Of a DNA stretch of 64,000 nucleotides, positions 56,360-64,000 are shown in pieces (within the stretch, counting starts at the first letter, position 1; each line of letters starts with the position of its first letter). The stretch lies in the NCBI RefSeq assembly GCF_009914755.1, contig NC_060925.1. One strand, given 5' to 3'. Under the pieces are notes generated by a model. It saw only the letters and a list, made by a program, of their open reading frames with translations, searched no databases and was not told the origin of the DNA. The stretch comes from the human T2T-CHM13v2.0 reference genome, Homo sapiens. The position numbers and the translations under genes were made by a program.

Positions 56360-56661
56360 GGCCAGGTGCAGTGGCTCACTCCAGTAATCCCAGCACTTCG
56401 GAGACTGAGGCAGGAGATCCCTTGAGCCCAGGAGTTCAAGACCAGCCTGGGCAACATGGCGAAACCTCATCTCTACAAAAACAAAAAAGAAAGCAAAAGC
56501 GTAACTGGACATGGTGGTGCACACCTGTGGTCTCAGCTACTTGGGAGGCTGAGGTGGGAGGATCGCTTAAGCCTGGGGGTGTCAAGGCTGCAGTGAGCTA
56601 TGATGGCGTCATTGCACTTCAGCTTAGACTAGATGACAGAGCAGGACCCTGTCTCAAAAAA
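56360..56661 (+). mobile_element. Alu (AluJ-like)
   Basis: TSD TAAAAAATTGCTAAA(A/G)GCA at 56341-56359 and 57242-57260. Confidence 0.93.
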
Positions 56662-57225
56662 TATGTATATATTATAAATATATAATATATATATAATATA
56701 TATAATATATTATATATATTATATTATATATATTATATATATATTATATATAATATATATTATATATATATAATATATATATAATATATATAATATATAT
56801 AATATATATAATATATATTATATATAATATATTATATATATAATATATATTATAAATATATAATATATTATATATATAATATATATAATAAATATATAAT
56901 ATATATAATAAATATATAATATATATAATAAATATATAATATATATAATAAATATATAATATATATTATAAATATATAATATATATAATATATATTATAT
57001 ATAATATATATTATAAATATATAATATATATTATATATAATATATTATATATTTATAATATATATTATATATTTATAATATATATTATAAATATATAATA
57101 TATATATTTAAAATATAATATATATAATACAAATATATTTAAAATATAATATGTAATATATGTATTGTATATAGTTATATATATTATAATTTATATATTT
57201 AAATTTATAATATATATATTTATAT
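56662..57225. repeat. AT-rich (TA)n-type array
   Basis: 56666-57129 contains no G or C; the 20-bp unit ATATATAATAAATATATAAT repeats at ~56881-56980. Confidence 0.97.
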
Positions 57226-57399
57226 GTGATTCTCTCATTTTTAAAAAATTGCTAAAGGCAGATGGGAATTCTGGTCTTGTAGGGCTTGGTGGCCCTTCTC
57301 AGAAATAAGCAGTCGGGCGTGCCTTAGAAACATGAAAGCCAAATTCATGGCCAGTCTACGAGACCTGCACTCTGTGAGGCTCCTTGTAGCGTGGAATGT

Positions 57400-57510
57400 A
57401 GTGGGCACAAAACTCTTGGAAGCACTACTCCAATCCTATCATTTTATACATGAGGAAACTGAGGCTTCCAAGGTGAAGCAAGATGGCCAAGATCACACCC
57501 GGAATCAGCC
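57400..57510 (-). mobile_element. MIR
   Basis: CATTTTATACATGAGGAAACTGAGGC...GGCCAAGATCACAC. Confidence 0.7.
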
Positions 57511-57572
57511 TCTGCAGAGACGACAGACATTTACTGGGCACTTCTTTGGAACAAAAGCTCACACCAGCCTCA

Positions 57573-58327
<755 letters not shown>

Positions 58328-58593
58328 TCTGTCTACCTGGGTCCTCGTCTGCCCCTTCAACTCCGCACGAGTCTTGTCCACTCTACCCACAGGATGTCTC
58401 TTGCATCTGTCCACTCCCCTCCACATGGACTCCTAGACTAAGCTAGCACGGCCAGTCTCAATGAAAACACAGCAATAGCCTCCTTCCCCCAAGGACTCTC
58501 CTCCCACATTGAAGCCAGAGTGATCCTATGAACATAAATCCCACAGGGCACCCACAGACCTCTCCTGTCTCACCATGGGCCTCTCTCACCCAC

Positions 58594-59021
58594 TGTATTA
58601 GGCCATTCTTACATTGTCATAAAGAAATACTTGAGACTGGATAATTTATGAAGAAAAGAGGTTTAATTGGCTCATGGTTCTGCAGGCTGTACAGGAAGCA
58701 TGGTGCTGGCATCTGCTTGGCTTCTAGGGAGGCCTCAGGAAGCTTCCAATCATGGCGGAAGGCAAAGCAGGAGCAGGCACGTCACATGGCGAAAGCAGGA
58801 GCAAGCGAGAGAGAGAGTGTGTGGGGAGGGGCCACACCCTTTTAAGCGACCAAATCTCATGTGAACTGAGAGCGGAGCTCACTTATTACCAAGGGGACAG
58901 CCCAGGCCATTCATGAGGGATCCACTCACCCCCATGATCCAATCACCCGCCACCAAGCCCCACCTCTAACATTGGGGTTACACATGCGATCTCGGTGGGG
59001 CCACATATCCAAACCATATCA
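58594..59021 (-). mobile_element. MSTA/MSTB-like solo LTR
   Basis: TGTATTAGGCCATTCTT...CCAAACCATATCA; perfect TSD CCCAC. Confidence 0.9.
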
Positions 59022-59269
59022 CCCACCTTCTGCCCTGCAGCCTCCGTGGCCCTCCTCTGCTTCCTCAAGTCATCCTTGCCCCCTGCAACCTCAAGGCCGT
59101 GGCACACACTGGGCTTTCCCCCCACCAGCAGCTCTGCCCCTTGGAGCCCCCACGAGACTAGCATGTGGAGGGTGAGCTGGTTGGGTAGCGGAGGGGGTTC
59201 CTGCAGGAGTGTTAGCATCTCCACACAAGCCTTGACAGCCCTGCTCTTCTCCTCGATGGCCCCCACAGT

Positions 59270-59392
59270 GGGTCTCATCCTAATGGCACACCCAGAGATT
59301 CTGCCGTGATGGTTCTGGGTGTAGCCTGAACCACAGAGTTTTTCAAAGCTCCCCAGGCGAGGCTAATGGTCAGCCAAGGTTGAGAATCACTG
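59270..59392. mobile_element. MER5A/B fragment
   Basis: AAAGCTCCCCAGGCGAGGCTAATGGTCAGCCAAGGTTGAGAATCACTG. Confidence 0.65.
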
Positions 59393-59429
59393 CCCTGAAC
59401 ATAGCATGAGGATGATAGGCGGGTCGTTT

Positions 59430-59655
59430 CTTACTGAAAGGCCCCTATGTGCCAATCACTGAGTTACACACTCTGTGGCTGGCTTCACTGAAGTCTCACC
59501 AAAGCTACAGGAGCTGAGGATGATGATCTCCATTTGCAGGTGAGGAAAACCAGGCTCAGAGAGGGGAAGGAACTCGCCAAGGTCACGTAGCTCAAGGCAG
59601 CAGAGCCGAGCATGAGCCCAGGGGTGGCTGCCTCCAAAGCCTGCATTCCTAACCA
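59430..59655 (-). mobile_element. MIR
   Basis: CTCCATTTGCAGGTGAGGAAAACCAGGCTCAGAGAGG...AAGGTCACGTAGCT. Confidence 0.75.
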
Positions 59656-59885
59656 TTCTAAACCCTGTGCCCTCCATGGGTTTCAGTAAGGTGCACAGAG
59701 AATGCCAAACTTCACAGTCCTCTGAGATATAAAATGTAGATGTGCCACCATGGAGGAGCCAACGAGAAAGAGTCCAAAATATGGAAACACATGTTTTGTT
59801 CCTGATGTCAGACCCTGTAAATACCACAAATAACACATCAGCATGTCCTCCCATCACTGTCAACAAACTATAAAACACCCTTTAA

Positions 59886-60284
<399 letters not shown>

Positions 60285-61119
60285 TAGTTCAAGTTCATGT
60301 GCAGAAGCTCCTTGAAACCTGTGAAAGGAGGTGCTGGGCATCAGGTGAGGAACACCTGGTACTCGTCTCCTCGTCAGCCTCTGTGGCTTCCACTAGGCAT
60401 TTGTTATGAATTTTCTTTTTCATTGAGTCCTCACCAGTAATCCATGATCTGATCCAATATAAAAAGACTTTCAATTATTTAGATAATAACATCTTACATT
60501 TATATAGTGCTTTACCATTTTCAAAGTACTTTCGCATATCTTATTTCATTTGCATATCAGGCATTCAGTGTTGGCTACATTTGTATAGATAAATACAAGT
60601 GATGAATAGGCAAAGTCTAAAAAAATACTGTATTTCATTATCATCTCCAAATGTTGTTTCAAATAAGACAAATTAAATAAATATATTAAAATGAGAAGCC
60701 TCTTAAGGAAAGCATCACATATTTATAAAGTTACCTTTTCCAAGACTAGCAAAGTAATGAGCATGATGAGGAACTCAAAGCATGTTTCTAGAGACTTCCG
60801 TTTCCAGCAATATGGTAGACTGCTAAGCTGACACATCCAATTGCTGAAAACAACCCAAAATATTGAACAAACTACTTTTTAAATAATAATAATTTGTTGA
60901 AGACAACCAAGAAACTAAGGAATACTTGGAGGGCAATACTAAGTAAAGTCAAGAATGTGAAGAGATTTAAGTAAAATTAATTACCTAGCGAGCACCAAAA
61001 TCAACGTTTACCTTGAGGACATTGGTCAAGCTCAGTAATCTGAGAAGTGCAGGAAACAGGAGATAAGATGGAGAGTCTAATAAGAAACACCTAGAGCTTC
61101 CTGTAACGCTAGCGTACTC

Positions 61120-61445
<326 letters not shown>

Positions 61446-61775
61446 TAGTGGAAAGGTGAACTAGACCAGGGATTGCAGAGAAGATTGCTGTCTTGAGGCT
61501 TGGCATAGCATAAAAGGGAAAAACCTACCCTGAGAATCTGTAACCTCAAGCCAGCCCACATGTGAGTCTGCTGTTCTTATCTGCTTTAGTGGCCCTAAAT
61601 AACTCAAGCTGGAAATTTGGTGGTCCTCAAAACCCGCAACTGAGAGTTTTGTTTACAAAGACCTACTCTAAAATTCCAGCTCTGGGGAAGATGGAGTAAC
61701 CACATTCCATCCTGTCTCCCCCACCAAATGCCAGAACACAATGCACAGAGAAGCTGAGGACTCTAAAAAGTAAAT

Positions 61776-62370
<595 letters not shown>

Positions 62371-62551
62371 GTAAATAGCAGCAGGCAGAAAAAATCAGAA
62401 GACAAGAATTCAGATTACTGCTGAGCTGGCAGGAAGTTGACCATTTTCCCCTCTTCAGTCCTCCTGCTGCTTGGCCCCAGCCATGGTACACTGGTAGAAG
62501 ATGCATCACAGATAAGGGGAATGAAAGCCCAGATTTCTGGCAAGAGGACTA

Positions 62552-62824
<273 letters not shown>

Positions 62825-62925
62825 TTAGGATAAATTCAAAGAAATCAATGCCAAGATACATCATAAGCAAACCTCTGAAAACAAAGAAAACATCTCTAAA
62901 ACAATCAGAGAAAAGTGCCACAATG

Positions 62926-63232
62926 CAGGGTGCGGTGGCTCACGCCTGTAATCCCCGCACTTTGGGAGGCATAGGCGGGTGGATCACGAGATCAAGAGTT
63001 CAAAGCCAGCCTGGCCAACATGGTGAAACCCCGTCTCTCCCAAAAATACAAAAATTAGCCAAGCGTGGTGGTGCAGACCTGTAATCCCAGCTACTCAGGA
63101 GGCTAAGGCAGGAGAATTACTTGAACCGGGGAGGCAGAGGTTGCAGTGAGCCGAGATCATGCCATTGTACTCCAGTCTAGGTGACAGAGCAAGACTCCGT
63201 CTCAAAAAAAAAAAAAAAAAAAAAAAGAAAAA
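62926..63232 (+). mobile_element. Alu (AluSg/Sc-like)
   Basis: TSD GAAAA(G/A)TGCCACAATGC. Confidence 0.95.
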
Positions 63233-63473
63233 GAAAAATGCCACAATGCCCATAGAGAAAGAAAAATTGAAATGACTATGGATTTCTCATCAGAAACTAT
63301 GGAGGCCAAAAGGAAGTGGCACATTTTTTTTAATGCTGAAAAAACAGACCTGTCAACCCACAATTTTGCAGCCAGCAAAAATATTGTTCAGAAAGGAAGA
63401 TGAAATAAAGACATTCTCAATGGAAGGAAAACTAACATTCACTGCCAGCAGATCTCTCTAAAAAAATTGCTAG

Positions 63474-63786
<313 letters not shown>

Positions 63787-64000
63787 TCAGAAAGAAGAAA
63801 AACGGTATTTGGAAGGAAACTGGAAACATCAGAAATGAAAGAAACAGACATGGTAAATATCTAAATGAATACATTATTCTCCTGTTGAGCTTCTTAAAAC
63901 ATGTTGGTGACTGAAAGCAAAAATTGTAATATTTTCTAATGAGCTTTCATATATATATACACACACATATATGTAACATATAAGAGAAGTATAACAGAAA

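Overview
Primate (human-like) non-coding genomic DNA: about 37 Alu copies or fragments (J, S and Y types), about 11 MaLR solo LTRs (MLT1/MST/THE1), one ERV1 solo LTR, old L1M/HAL1 and L2 remnants, MIRs, and DNA-transposon MITEs (MADE1 x2, MER58A x2, MER8, MER5A). I can support no protein-coding exon, tRNA, rRNA or CRISPR array. The supplied ORFs are Alu, LTR, L1 or simple-repeat artefacts, or chance ORFs. The unique sequence includes a small CpG-rich element at about 0.74-0.96 kb, inside an Alu-free first 8.3 kb that is rich in CACGTG E-boxes. There are several enhancer-like motif clusters, the best at about 42.5-42.9 kb. I found no convincing new biological system. The most notable structures are: (1) a roughly 0.5-kb tandem duplication that doubled a MADE1 (miR-548-type) hairpin; (2) two trimeric Alus with a duplicated right arm; (3) a five-level transposon nest; (4) a 464-bp pure-AT tract grown from an Alu tail; (5) a polarised 18-bp minisatellite; (6) a templated inverted-repeat repair patch; (7) two complementary tailless Alu halves that may mark an inversion. 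Subfamily names come from recalled consensus sequences and need RepeatMasker/Dfam confirmation. The locus is not identified; a BLAT search would settle it.
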